Origin: a virus
Taxonomy: Duplodnaviria > Heunggongvirae > Uroviricota > Caudoviricetes
Strand: one strand, 5' to 3'
IMG/VR virus record: IMGVR_UViG_3300037466_003234
Length of the DNA stretch: 64,000 nt
The notes beneath the pieces were generated by a model. It ran no database searches. It was given only the letters and a program-made list of their open reading frames with translations, and was not told where the DNA came from. Shown piece after piece: positions 26,644 to 36,695 of this stretch (the first letter of the stretch is position 1; each line of letters starts with the position of its first letter). The position numbers and the translations under genes are program-made.

Positions 26644-27134
26644 GTAAGGCACGCGTAACGAAGGCAGAACTCGAAGAAAAAATTGAACAACTTCATCAGC
26701 AGCTTGCTGAGATGGATTACGCTCATGGCGAAAAGGCCGAGGCTGCAGCGAAGAAGTTTGCTGAGCTTGAGGAAACCTATAAGCAAGAGATCGATAAGCT
26801 TAAAAAGCAACTCGCTGCGACCAAAAAGAAGCTCAAGGATAAAGACGACGCTGTTAAGATGGATTTGGTTAACAAGGATGCTGTCTGGAAAGACATTCTT
26901 AAAGACAAGGAAGCCGAACACAAAAAGCATATCGAGAGCAAAGACACGAACTTTGTATCAGCACTTGCGGCGGCAAACGGAAGAGTCACGAGTCTTAAAG
27001 TCGCTATCGCTCGACTTGCCCAGGCTGAGATTACGGCCCAGCTGATTCTGGATCGTCGCGGTCTCCACTGGAACGAGCTTAAGAGTGTGGTTGAAGTCAT
27101 TAAGGCTGTTCGCGCAGAAGGTGCTAAGAAATGA
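26640..27134 (+). CDS. Coiled-coil protein
   Basis: Heptad-rich K/E/A sequence; ATGA overlaps. Confidence 0.65.
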   Translation: MSKARVTKAELEEKIEQLHQQLAEMDYAHGEKAEAAAKKFAELEETYKQEIDKLKKQLAATKKKLKDKDDAVKMDLVNKDAVWKDILKDKEAEHKKHIESKDTNFVSALAAANGRVTSLKVAIARLAQAEITAQLILDRRGLHWNELKSVVEVIKAVRAEGAKK

Positions 27135-27265
27135 ACGTCGTAGTTAAGAAGATTCCGCCGCTAAAATGCCCCAAGTGTGGGAGCGATAGAGTTAACACCG
27201 ATTTTAGAAGGCGAGTTCGCTGCCACGATTGCAAGGCTGTCGATGGAAAGGTACTTAAAAAATGA
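27131..27265 (+). CDS. 44-aa Zn-ribbon protein (not in ORF track)
   Basis: MNVVVKKIPPLKCPKCGSDRVNTDFRRRVRCHDCKAVDGKVLKK*; ATGA overlaps on both sides. Confidence 0.7.
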   Translation: MNVVVKKIPPLKCPKCGSDRVNTDFRRRVRCHDCKAVDGKVLKK

Positions 27266-27558
27266 GAAAGATGTACGCCTGCGGCGTTGATTGGCAGCAA
27301 GAGATTGGTGAAGCTCCAGACCTAGAGGGCAAAATTCCGCTCTATTCGTCCATTCAGGAACTCATGAACAAAAGATCCTGCTGGACAGAGTGCGGGATTG
27401 TCGAGATCCAGCTATCCATGAACCATTGGGTAGTCGCTCAAAATTTAACGGCCAAGCCTAAAGCGGAAGAGCATCGTTGCTGCGACAATTCATACAAATG
27501 CTTGCGCGATAACTGTGTTAAATGCTGCTATTGCGGCGTAGAATTGCTTGGGAATTAA
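27262..27558 (+). CDS. Hypothetical protein with Cys-rich C-terminus
   Basis: CWTECG and CCD...CVKCCYCG. Confidence 0.6.
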   Translation: MRKMYACGVDWQQEIGEAPDLEGKIPLYSSIQELMNKRSCWTECGIVEIQLSMNHWVVAQNLTAKPKAEEHRCCDNSYKCLRDNCVKCCYCGVELLGN

Positions 27559-27559
27559 C

Positions 27560-28045
27560 ATGAAAATAAAAGATTTAGTTGATAGATTTTTATCATGGCC
27601 ACTGCCGGCAGACGTGTGTGCAGATCTGTGTGCTACGATGAGGGATTACCCGCATCGAAGCGGTACAACCCTACTAACTGCGGCCCAGGCAGAACAAATG
27701 CTAAACCATGTTGTCGGCCCTCTTTTCGATGAAATCTCTGACTTGCAGGAAGTTCTAGAAGATAAACGAGAAAACACCAGAAAGCTAGACATCGCCTTAA
27801 ATGGAACGGATGGAGCTGCAAAGCAAGCGAGCCTTTGCGATCTAATAGGGCAAGTAACAGAACTTAAAAAGAAAAACGAAAGTCTAAAACAGAAATTAAC
27901 ACGAGCAAACGATAAGCTCACAGAGATCAAAGAGATGTTTTACGGTCAAGGTTACGAGCTTAACCATTGGCATTATAATGGTACCGGCGAATCAATGGAC
28001 AACTTCTTCTCTGAAAACGACTGGGAACCAGAGTCCTTAGATTAA
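27560..28045 (+). CDS. Hypothetical protein (coiled-coil centre)
   Basis: GGAATTAAC RBS before ATG 27560. Confidence 0.6.
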   Translation: MKIKDLVDRFLSWPLPADVCADLCATMRDYPHRSGTTLLTAAQAEQMLNHVVGPLFDEISDLQEVLEDKRENTRKLDIALNGTDGAAKQASLCDLIGQVTELKKKNESLKQKLTRANDKLTEIKEMFYGQGYELNHWHYNGTGESMDNFFSENDWEPESLD

Positions 28046-28467
28046 GAACGATCCAAGGCAAACTGAGGAATCATCCCCACAAAGTCAAAGTTAAGCTTGT
28101 AGGTGCTCTTTACAGCGATGCTGTGAGACTCACGAGTGATCTTGGCGTTAGGGATAAATAGGATATCTTCGCCTGTCTGGCGATCCTGAATACGGATAGA
28201 AATGTAAGGAGAAGCTGCTATATCCGTAAACAATGGGCGCATATTGCTACCCTGGAGACCGCCAGACATCTTCACGCGAAGACCTTGAACGCTTCCCTTA
28301 ACGGAAATCTTTGAAGGCGCAATCTCTTGAGGGTATTCAGAGTCAATACCGTAAATCTCGGTCTCGCCGTAATCAACCGAGAAGCTGATCGACTGGACTT
28401 CCTTATACACCTTATTGTTGATGTATAACTTAATGCTTGCGCCTGTAAGAATGAGTGGTTGAGCCAT
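28042..28467 (-). CDS. Tail tube-like / tube-initiator protein
   Basis: 141 aa, beta-rich; VQSISFSVDYGETEIYGIDSEYPQEIAP matches the tube-fold pattern; baseplate operon context. Confidence 0.6.
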   Translation of the reverse strand: MAQPLILTGASIKLYINNKVYKEVQSISFSVDYGETEIYGIDSEYPQEIAPSKISVKGSVQGLRVKMSGGLQGSNMRPLFTDIAASPYISIRIQDRQTGEDILFIPNAKITRESHSIAVKSTYKLNFDFVGMIPQFALDRS

Positions 28468-30086
28468 TATTCACCCCAAACCGTTGGGTTCTCAGAGTAA
28501 GCCGTGCCCCACTTGCCCAATCCAACGTCGGATGGATAGAGAACCGTAAAGACGATGTTAATACCGGTCGCAGCGACGCTCTCAATAAGGTCTTCGGCAT
28601 AAAGGCGGCCAGAAACAACGTCTGTGATGTAGAAAGGAAAGTTTGCGCCATCGCGTGTAGGCGATGCAGGAGCCTTGTTGGCAATTAACGCCACGTCCGT
28701 ACCTGTCGGATGAGTATTTTTCACCGTATAGGCAGGGTTAATAAGAAGCGTATTGTCCGATGGGCGGGCGATATATGGAACTGGACCTTCTTGATTCTGA
28801 GTACCATAACCCAAAAGGATATAGCCTTGAGAGTCAGGGAATGCAGATGCGTCCACAACATTCACGACTCTTGACATGGTTCCATCAAGAGAGCTTGCGA
28901 GCGTGGTTCCGACATCGCTCACCGTGAAAGGCTGAGTCGTGTCGTACATATATGGACCTTGCTGGCCTGCGGCAGAGCTTTGTGGGTCCGATGGGTCGTG
29001 AAGGTGGGCAGAGCCCTTACGATCACGGCGAATAACCTTGGTAGATGCTGGCAAGAAGATCTGAAGCATACGAGCCTGAGGCTGGTAAGCTGCGGCGTAA
29101 GATAAGCGACTGTTTAGAGTCTTTCTTGCAGGGTTAAAGAATAGAACTGCGGTATCGGTTCCCTGAACGACGATTCCAGAGGTTGCTAGAGGGTTTGCTA
29201 TCTCAAAGTAGCTTGAACCTGCTGGACCACCGATGGAATTAGTAATCGTGTAGCTTCCTTCGTTAGAAGAAGAAGCGAATCCGCCGCCAAAGACGTTGAC
29301 GTAGTTTCCAGCCTCTACCTTTCCAAGCTGAGGATTTGCTCCACCGGTCCAGGTAAAGCGGGCAACGCCTCCTGGCTGAAGGGTGATCGTCCATTGGGTG
29401 GATAGATTTCCACCTGCGGAGACTGGACTATCAAAACGAAGTTCATTCTGAGCGCGACCGCCCAAAACTGTTACGGAAGACGATGGTCCAATAGTGTCGG
29501 AGATGATCTCAACGAACCCGCCGTTACCGTCATCGCGGGCGATTGCGGTTCCTTTAAAGCCAAGGTCTCTGAGGCTCTTAGTGATGGCGTCGGCGACTTC
29601 CTGAGCGGTAGCTGCGGCAATGGATGAGAACTGAGATTCTTTAAACTGAAGGGTTACAGTATTCTTATCGTCGAAATTAACAATAAGAGTGTCGCCATCC
29701 TTGAGATTATATGGTGCAAAGGCGCGGGCTTGATTGGATGCGCGAACGAATTCGTCACCAAAGATCGCGTTAAGGAGGTTGTTAATTAGGTCACGGACCT
29801 GCTTACGGTTCTTAACCTCAATACCGATCTGACGGAAAACATCATCCGAAAGACCAACGTTAACTGGGCGAACGATACCGGCATCAGCTAGGCGTTCATC
29901 GAGGTAACGACCAGATGCGGTCGTTACATAGAGCTGATCGTTAACTGCGCGGACGTTATCGATAAGATAGGCTGCGTTCCCCGATGCCAAGGCGTGGAGC
30001 ACGGCATCGACGTTCTTGCCCTTAATGTAAGGGTTAAGATACGCCCTCAGTCTCTTATACTGCTCGTCTTGGTTAGTAATTGACAT
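28467..30086 (-). CDS. Baseplate wedge subunit (gpI/gp7-like, inferred)
   Basis: Directly downstream of baseplate J; TASGRYLDERLAD.GI.RP...LSDDVFR N-terminus typical of wedge partners. Confidence 0.55.
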   Translation of the reverse strand: MSITNQDEQYKRLRAYLNPYIKGKNVDAVLHALASGNAAYLIDNVRAVNDQLYVTTASGRYLDERLADAGIVRPVNVGLSDDVFRQIGIEVKNRKQVRDLINNLLNAIFGDEFVRASNQARAFAPYNLKDGDTLIVNFDDKNTVTLQFKESQFSSIAAATAQEVADAITKSLRDLGFKGTAIARDDGNGGFVEIISDTIGPSSSVTVLGGRAQNELRFDSPVSAGGNLSTQWTITLQPGGVARFTWTGGANPQLGKVEAGNYVNVFGGGFASSSNEGSYTITNSIGGPAGSSYFEIANPLATSGIVVQGTDTAVLFFNPARKTLNSRLSYAAAYQPQARMLQIFLPASTKVIRRDRKGSAHLHDPSDPQSSAAGQQGPYMYDTTQPFTVSDVGTTLASSLDGTMSRVVNVVDASAFPDSQGYILLGYGTQNQEGPVPYIARPSDNTLLINPAYTVKNTHPTGTDVALIANKAPASPTRDGANFPFYITDVVSGRLYAEDLIESVAATGINIVFTVLYPSDVGLGKWGTAYSENPTVWGE

Positions 30087-30096
30087 TGCCTACCTC

Positions 30097-33000
30097 TTAT
30101 TGCCCAATCTGGCTGACGGAAATATCGAGGCTTGGATCGATAATGCGTGCCTTCTCAGATGGTGCAATGGTAATAATATCATGGGTGTCGTCGTACTGAG
30201 GCGAACTGATTGCCGTAGCCTTAACTCCTGGGATGGAATTAACGCTTGCGATAATCGAGGAGATCGCGATCGACTGGCCGACATCGTTAGAATCGATGAG
30301 CGAACTAACGTTGGTGCGGACCTGTTCAGCGATCTGAGCGAAAGGAACGCCGGTAGCCAAACGAATTTCGAGAGCAAGCTGAATACGGCGGACGAGAGGT
30401 TCGCGGACGAAGATCTCGGCACCTGCTGCGCCAACGCCAGAGTAGGTCTCTGGATCGCGAGGATCGCCATAGATGATGCGGTTAGCTTCAGCAATAAGGC
30501 CAGTGTTATAGCGGTAGCTGTCGAGACCGCGACGAATGACCGTATTGAAGTTGAGCTTATTGAGAGAAGTCATCTCAACGCCCGCAGCCTGTGCGATCTT
30601 GGAATACTGAGCGTTCGTATCGAAAACGAGGTAGTTTCTGCTTGGAGCGCCTGGCTCAGCAGAAGCAAGCCATACACGTTTGTAACCGTTATAAGCGGTG
30701 CCTTCTTGAACGAAGATAGCCGTTTCACGACCGTTCATGCTTGCGTTATTAACGGAAGCCATGCCTCCGGTGACGATTGCAGTGTCACGATCGATAATCT
30801 TTGCGATCGTATAGGTAGCCGCATTTGACGTGCCAAGAATGTCGCCGGTAACGACTAGGCTATCGCCTGGAACCGCAGCTTCATATTCGTAGAACTGAAT
30901 TTGTGGTCTGTGGCAAACAAGCGTCGTCGAAACGAACACGGCAGATTCATTGACAGCAGATGGGTTGACGCATTCAAGGAATGTACGACGGCCAGCTTGT
31001 GTAACCGTTACAGAGAACGGAGAAGGCACGTTAACGTTCGCAGGTGCGTTCGTTTCTTGGGCGCCAGAAGTTGTCACCGTGACAACACCGCTAGAAGCTA
31101 CGGCATTCAGGCCTGAAATACCGCCGTTAATAGCGCTGGCGACTTTTGCAGCAACCTGAGAAGCGTTGTCGCCGCTCAAAATGGCCACTGCGACCCCAGT
31201 TAATCCTACTGGGGCTGGATCGGAGTTCGAACCGTTGACATTGAACCAAACATAATACTGACCGACGTTGCCGGCAGTGTTAATTGTGAAATACTTACCA
31301 GCGCCGCTCGTTGCGAACTGGCTTCCAGGCGGAATGACGAGTTCAGCGACTTGCTGAAGCTTTGCGCCAGAGCGGATAACCATCCACTCGCCTTGGTTTG
31401 CGGAATTGAAGTCGCTACCGAAGTTAACAACGTCACCTACTTGAGCATTCTCAAGGTGAGGTTCGGTTCCAACGCCGTTCCAGTTCAAATATATGGAAGC
31501 ATTAGCTGCGTTAACTTTGAAGGAAGTCGTAGAATCAAAGCCTAAGCTGATCGAATTAACAGGAAGCGTAACGTCTTCTTCAATGACGTTAGCGTTTTCA
31601 AACCAGATAGAATCGTTGAAACGACGGATAACTCTGAACTTACCTTGGTTTAGAACCGTGAAAGGAGATCCGATGATGACCGTATCGCCTTCGGAAACGC
31701 TTGTCGTAGCCGTGAAGCTGCCTTGAACAAAGCTATCTCCAACAAGAGATGCGCCGCTCAAAGTCACAGAAGAGCTTCCAGAGTAAGATAGAGCAACGTC
31801 TGCCTGAGCGTAGGTTGCCTTAATGGAGATGACGTTCGAACTTGCAGAAGCCGAGATTCCTGGGAGAGTTCCAATGATCGAGGCAAGGGTCGTAGCCGTA
31901 TCAGCTGCCGTTGCGCCGATTGCGAAATCGGTGTCAGCAACAAAGCTTGAAGCGCCAACAGTGACCGTATCGCCTGCCGTCAAATTGCTAGTGAGCGTGA
32001 TTGAACCCTTAGAGAATTCGTTTTCAGCATCAAGGTTTAGAACTCTCAAGGTCTTACCGTCCGAACTAATACCGGTAGCCAAGAAAGTTCCATTGTTTGC
32101 GGTAACAGGGAGGCCAGAAATGGTTACTAGATCGCCAATCGATACGCCCTTGAAGTTTGCGTTGCCCGAAAGAATGATGTAATCGGCTTCACTCGTTCCA
32201 GAAATCAAATTAACGTTAATTGTTCCACCAGAAGCGTCATTGAAATCGATCGCTTTGCTGAAGAATGGGCTTGTTCCAACTCCATCCCAGCTTAAGCAGA
32301 CAAGACTTCCATGCTTTTCGACGCGGAAGGTGTTGCCCTTGGTGCGGACATGGTGTCTTGGAGCGCCAAAATAACGTTGGTTGTAGGCGCGGTTTGCAAG
32401 CTTAATGGTGCTTTGGCCGGTCGTTGGGCTATTGCCAAGAACAGTGACGCTCGTGTTCGAAGAAAGGAGCGCTTCTTTTCTTTGGAGTTCAGAAGCTTCC
32501 AAGCGGAACCATTGATCAGCAGTAACACCTTCTGCAGCTACCTTATCGACAGAGATAAGGGCGCGGACGTTGTCAAGGCGAATAGCAGCGTCAAGAACAG
32601 GTACAGCGTATTGGTTAGCCTTACCGCCAATGATCTGGATCGATCCTTCAGAGCCTAGCGTGTTCGTAGCGAGTTCTAGGCGGTTTCCGCGATCAACGAT
32701 CGTTGCGGTTCCGACAGTGCTTAGACCGCTAACTGCCAAGACGTTGATGAGGCGGCGAGCCTGATCCATCGTAGTAGGAACGAGTCTGACTTCTTCACCT
32801 GCATTGAAAGAGTATCCAACGTCGGTTGGGAGCGTGAGAGGGTTCTTGAAAGTGAATTGAGGAGATCCAGCCAAGTTGCTCGATGCGATCCAGTTAATTC
32901 CGTCAACAAGTGCGATAGCGTCGTATGCGAAGCTGCTTTCTTCAGCAGTCGATAGCGAGATCACGCCAGATCCGTCAGTGCCGCCGTCATTGACAAGCGT

Positions 33001-36000
33001 TGCAGAGACATAATCGGCTAGGTTAGAATTAACGTAAGCAGAGATGTCGGAAGCCTTTGTCGAGCTTGCTTGATAGAAGTTGATTGCAGATCCAACAATC
33101 GTTGCCTTATTCGTTTCAGAAACAGCAACGCCAGTTGGGCGCTGAACCGTGAAGCTCGTGGAAGTTGGGGTGAATCCAGACTGAGTCGAGATGCGGAAAA
33201 CGCCAGTATTAACTTCGCTGAGTTCCGTTTGAGTCGTGATGTTGACGTACTCGCCACCGTTTAGATTGAGCGCTGGGCTCGTTCCCTGGCCAGTCCAAGA
33301 GTAAGTGACTTGGTCAATACCGGCACTTGGAGTGTTAGGAGTTACGGAAACATTCCATTCGGTTGATGCGTCAATTGAGCTTGATACTGCGGCGCCAGAC
33401 TTTAGGTTAATTTTGATATTAACGTTGTCGGTAACCGTAATAACGCTTCCAACGTCAGAGTTTGCAGCAGAAGGATAGGTGTAGCCGATCTTAGTGCGAT
33501 CGCCCGAGCGGCCCCAACGAGCCGAACGATAGAGGATAGCGGTCTTTGAGGCAGATGCCTTAATGACCTTACGTGCCTGCATGAGAGCCTTGAAGTTCGA
33601 GAAGTCAAAGCCTGAACCGAATGCAGATGAGAAGTTAGAGGTCGATCCAGAATCAACGTCGTAAGCATTGAATGCCGAAGCGCTTACAGACAAGGTGCTA
33701 TTAGTGATTCCACGACGATAGAATGGGATTTCAAAGCTCTTAGAGCCTGCGTCATTGTCAACAACCACAACTGCCGTGTCGTCGCTACCGAAATCAAGAG
33801 GGCTTGCAATGAAGTAACGGTCGCCAGAGCGGAGTCTGCGGATATCTCTTTGATCGTTTAGGCCGATAGTCGTTCCAGAGATCGAGGCTTGTTGAACCTT
33901 TTCGCCATAAGCTTGGGCGTCTTTTGCCGATCCGTATGGATGGAGGATGCAGATCATGTCATTAGGATCGCGTCCGGCAAGGCTCAAGGTAGATACTGCA
34001 GAGGAAATGAAGCTATCGATTGGATCGGCAGCCGTTCCTGCAGCAAACGAGGAGTGGACGAAGAGAGGCATTTGCGCTTCTTGCTCTTGTGAGTTGTAGT
34101 AAGCAATGAGCGAATCCTTGCTGGTATCAGAAACATTTGCTTTAAATCCAAGGAGCTTACCCTGAGCGTCCATCGTAACGACGAGGAGTGATCCAGAGGT
34201 ATCTTTGGTCTTAGAGCGTATAACGAGGTATTGTTCTTGAAGAACACTGAAATCAACGCTGTCAGACTGAGCGTTAAGCTCTACAACGATTTGATCCAAG
34301 GTCTTGGTTCCGGCTTGAACGCGGAACTTCTGAGGAACGTAAGTAGAACGAAGGAACGCGATACCTTCAATAAAGACTACACCGTTTGTCGTAACGATAG
34401 CTGCATACTCATCTGGAGTAATGACTAGATCGATGCTGGAGGAAGTCTTAGCGCTTACGCGGCCTTCGAGGCGGTCATTAGTGTCAATTTCATTCGTCCA
34501 AACGATAGCATAATCGCCAACTTGAACGTTAGTGAATGCTCCAGAGATATTGGAGGTATAACGGATCGTGTTTGTGGCTGGGGTTTCAACCTTCAAAATA
34601 CTGTTTCCAGCAGCGCCGTGAGAAATGATCGTTCCTGGCTGGTCAATTAACAACCAGATATGGGCGTCAGCCGATAAAGTGATTGCGCCACCTGGAATTT
34701 GATCGCTCTCGATGCGAGCTTCAGTCTGCGTCGTGCCAGCAGAAAGCTGGTCGCCTGAAGTGAGAGGCTCGACAAGCTGGAACTGAGCGGTATTACGAGA
34801 AAGGATGAAGTCAGAAGCCTTACCTTGAGCAGATAGTCCGATAACGGAGCTAAACATACCCTTAGTGACTAGCGTAGATGTCGGATCGATCGAAACGCTT
34901 GCGCGGTTTGAGGTGCCAAGGTTTGACGTGATCTTAAGTTGTTGACCAACGATCGAAACCGTAACGCCAGTGAGCTTGCTATTAAGCACAGCTGCCCACG
35001 ACTCAAGAGAATTCGTAGCTGCAGCAACGACGTAAAGGCCAGTTGCGATAAAGTCGCCGTCGGTGACCGTGTACGTAATTGGGGCCGTACCGTCCACAGA
35101 CAAGATGAGGGTTTCGCCGCTTGCAATGCTTGCCGACCACAAGGCTTGGGCTTGGGTGAAAACAGATGCGGTCTTACCGTCTTTGCTGAGAGGGATCTTG
35201 TTCTTATAAAGGCGCAAGGTTTGGATTTCGTTAGAAGGAAGTCCAAGAAGGGCTGCAGCATCGCGACCAGAAGTCGTTGGAGATGCAGTTTTGAGCGTGT
35301 CGTTACCTTCGGTCTTTGCGCGAATGATAATATATTGACCGCCACCGGAAGTCGTAGCTTCAAATCCAAGCGTCGTGTCAGCGTTAATAGATGCGGTGAT
35401 TTCGAAAGCGGTTGCTCCACCTGGAGAACGGAAATCGGAATCAGAGAAAACGTGCTGGTAGGTCTGCTCCCCTACTGTTACGGCAAGGGTATCGCCTCCG
35501 ACAAGGTCGAAAGGAGCAGCAAGCGTACTCTGTAAGAAGGCTTTGGCAAGAGGAGCTTGGCGTCCGCCGGTAGCTAGTTGAAAATACTGTTCGCCGCCTA
35601 GAGCGCTGTCAACGATGCTTTCAAGACCAACGCCTGAAGACTTGGCTTCATATCCATTTCCGTCATCGATATAAAGAACTGCGCCATCAGAGGTCTGAAT
35701 CATTTCGCAGCTTACGATCGTGGATTGTTCGTCAGATGGAGTTGCGCCGATCACAGACGATTTCACTGCCGTTGCAGTGCCGAGGCCCTTAGAAGCTAGA
35801 GCGCGTTTGATACGGATTCTGAGTTGATCATCCGATTCGCTATCCTGACCATTGGTGAATGGAAGAGGGTTAGTAACGGTTGCGCCCGAGAAAGGAGGGC
35901 TTGCAAATGACTTGATAGCGCCACGAGGAACGTTTCCGCTCACTCCTGGCTCTTTAGCTGACACTTGAACGTTTTGAACTTCAGTTTCACCGTCCAAAAT

Positions 36001-36636
36001 AACGGCTGGAGAAGTTACGACGAACTGAACGTCAGGGCTCGTTCCTGCGGATGGCGAGAGAACGATTTCATTGATAGGGATGGATCTGTTGCCGCCCTGC
36101 GCCATAATGACGGATTCGCCCAAATTATGGAACTTGGTCGTAGGCGAGGCAAGATTAATAACGTAATAATTTCCAGACTGTACGACGGAGCTATAAACGA
36201 TAGGGCCTTCTACGTTTGGAGTTCCACGGCCAAGGTAGAGGGAGCCTGAAGCATTGAATTCAGAGGCGTCCGAGACCTTAATGGAGGTAGAGCCGATATT
36301 TGGAGGGGAAGCGCCTTCATAGATCTTGGTTGCGATCTTTTTGGTGCTGTCAGAAACCGTCACATAGCCTGTAGCAGGCTTAGCGGCGATCGGAGTAACC
36401 CTATTTTCCTGGGCAAGACGCTTTAGGGTGTCGCCGGTAGCGCGGTCAACCGAGTAATCGCGAAGGATCTGGAACACGTCGCCCGAGGCACGAGCGGTCG
36501 TAAGGGCTACGGTCTCGAAAAAGGACGTAACGGCAGAGCCCACGTTAAAGTCGTTAATTCCGACCTTAGCGGCGTAAGTGCTCAACATATCAGCTAAAAG
36601 CTGCTCGTAACTCTTTGGATTAGGCAAATCGGCCAT
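30097..36636 (-). CDS. Giant baseplate J-like wedge protein (2179 aa)
   Basis: N-terminal baseplate-J motifs (ATGDTLKRLA, V.AKEPGVSGNV, FTNGQDSESDDQLRIR, GTATAVKS) and a J-like C-terminus, separated by a ~1700-aa insertion. Confidence 0.75.
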   Translation of the reverse strand: MADLPNPKSYEQLLADMLSTYAAKVGINDFNVGSAVTSFFETVALTTARASGDVFQILRDYSVDRATGDTLKRLAQENRVTPIAAKPATGYVTVSDSTKKIATKIYEGASPPNIGSTSIKVSDASEFNASGSLYLGRGTPNVEGPIVYSSVVQSGNYYVINLASPTTKFHNLGESVIMAQGGNRSIPINEIVLSPSAGTSPDVQFVVTSPAVILDGETEVQNVQVSAKEPGVSGNVPRGAIKSFASPPFSGATVTNPLPFTNGQDSESDDQLRIRIKRALASKGLGTATAVKSSVIGATPSDEQSTIVSCEMIQTSDGAVLYIDDGNGYEAKSSGVGLESIVDSALGGEQYFQLATGGRQAPLAKAFLQSTLAAPFDLVGGDTLAVTVGEQTYQHVFSDSDFRSPGGATAFEITASINADTTLGFEATTSGGGQYIIIRAKTEGNDTLKTASPTTSGRDAAALLGLPSNEIQTLRLYKNKIPLSKDGKTASVFTQAQALWSASIASGETLILSVDGTAPITYTVTDGDFIATGLYVVAAATNSLESWAAVLNSKLTGVTVSIVGQQLKITSNLGTSNRASVSIDPTSTLVTKGMFSSVIGLSAQGKASDFILSRNTAQFQLVEPLTSGDQLSAGTTQTEARIESDQIPGGAITLSADAHIWLLIDQPGTIISHGAAGNSILKVETPATNTIRYTSNISGAFTNVQVGDYAIVWTNEIDTNDRLEGRVSAKTSSSIDLVITPDEYAAIVTTNGVVFIEGIAFLRSTYVPQKFRVQAGTKTLDQIVVELNAQSDSVDFSVLQEQYLVIRSKTKDTSGSLLVVTMDAQGKLLGFKANVSDTSKDSLIAYYNSQEQEAQMPLFVHSSFAAGTAADPIDSFISSAVSTLSLAGRDPNDMICILHPYGSAKDAQAYGEKVQQASISGTTIGLNDQRDIRRLRSGDRYFIASPLDFGSDDTAVVVVDNDAGSKSFEIPFYRRGITNSTLSVSASAFNAYDVDSGSTSNFSSAFGSGFDFSNFKALMQARKVIKASASKTAILYRSARWGRSGDRTKIGYTYPSAANSDVGSVITVTDNVNIKINLKSGAAVSSSIDASTEWNVSVTPNTPSAGIDQVTYSWTGQGTSPALNLNGGEYVNITTQTELSEVNTGVFRISTQSGFTPTSTSFTVQRPTGVAVSETNKATIVGSAINFYQASSTKASDISAYVNSNLADYVSATLVNDGGTDGSGVISLSTAEESSFAYDAIALVDGINWIASSNLAGSPQFTFKNPLTLPTDVGYSFNAGEEVRLVPTTMDQARRLINVLAVSGLSTVGTATIVDRGNRLELATNTLGSEGSIQIIGGKANQYAVPVLDAAIRLDNVRALISVDKVAAEGVTADQWFRLEASELQRKEALLSSNTSVTVLGNSPTTGQSTIKLANRAYNQRYFGAPRHHVRTKGNTFRVEKHGSLVCLSWDGVGTSPFFSKAIDFNDASGGTINVNLISGTSEADYIILSGNANFKGVSIGDLVTISGLPVTANNGTFLATGISSDGKTLRVLNLDAENEFSKGSITLTSNLTAGDTVTVGASSFVADTDFAIGATAADTATTLASIIGTLPGISASASSNVISIKATYAQADVALSYSGSSSVTLSGASLVGDSFVQGSFTATTSVSEGDTVIIGSPFTVLNQGKFRVIRRFNDSIWFENANVIEEDVTLPVNSISLGFDSTTSFKVNAANASIYLNWNGVGTEPHLENAQVGDVVNFGSDFNSANQGEWMVIRSGAKLQQVAELVIPPGSQFATSGAGKYFTINTAGNVGQYYVWFNVNGSNSDPAPVGLTGVAVAILSGDNASQVAAKVASAINGGISGLNAVASSGVVTVTTSGAQETNAPANVNVPSPFSVTVTQAGRRTFLECVNPSAVNESAVFVSTTLVCHRPQIQFYEYEAAVPGDSLVVTGDILGTSNAATYTIAKIIDRDTAIVTGGMASVNNASMNGRETAIFVQEGTAYNGYKRVWLASAEPGAPSRNYLVFDTNAQYSKIAQAAGVEMTSLNKLNFNTVIRRGLDSYRYNTGLIAEANRIIYGDPRDPETYSGVGAAGAEIFVREPLVRRIQLALEIRLATGVPFAQIAEQVRTNVSSLIDSNDVGQSIAISSIIASVNSIPGVKATAISSPQYDDTHDIITIAPSEKARIIDPSLDISVSQIGQ

Positions 36637-36661
36637 GCTCGTGAACTCCGTTTATACCCTT

Positions 36662-36673
36662 TAAAGATTCGGG
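36662..36673 (-). promoter_or_regulatory. Putative late promoter motif CCCGAATCTTTA
   Basis: 25 nt upstream of the baseplate J ATG. Confidence 0.55.
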
Positions 36674-36695
36674 TTTTGCTAAATGAGTTATATCA

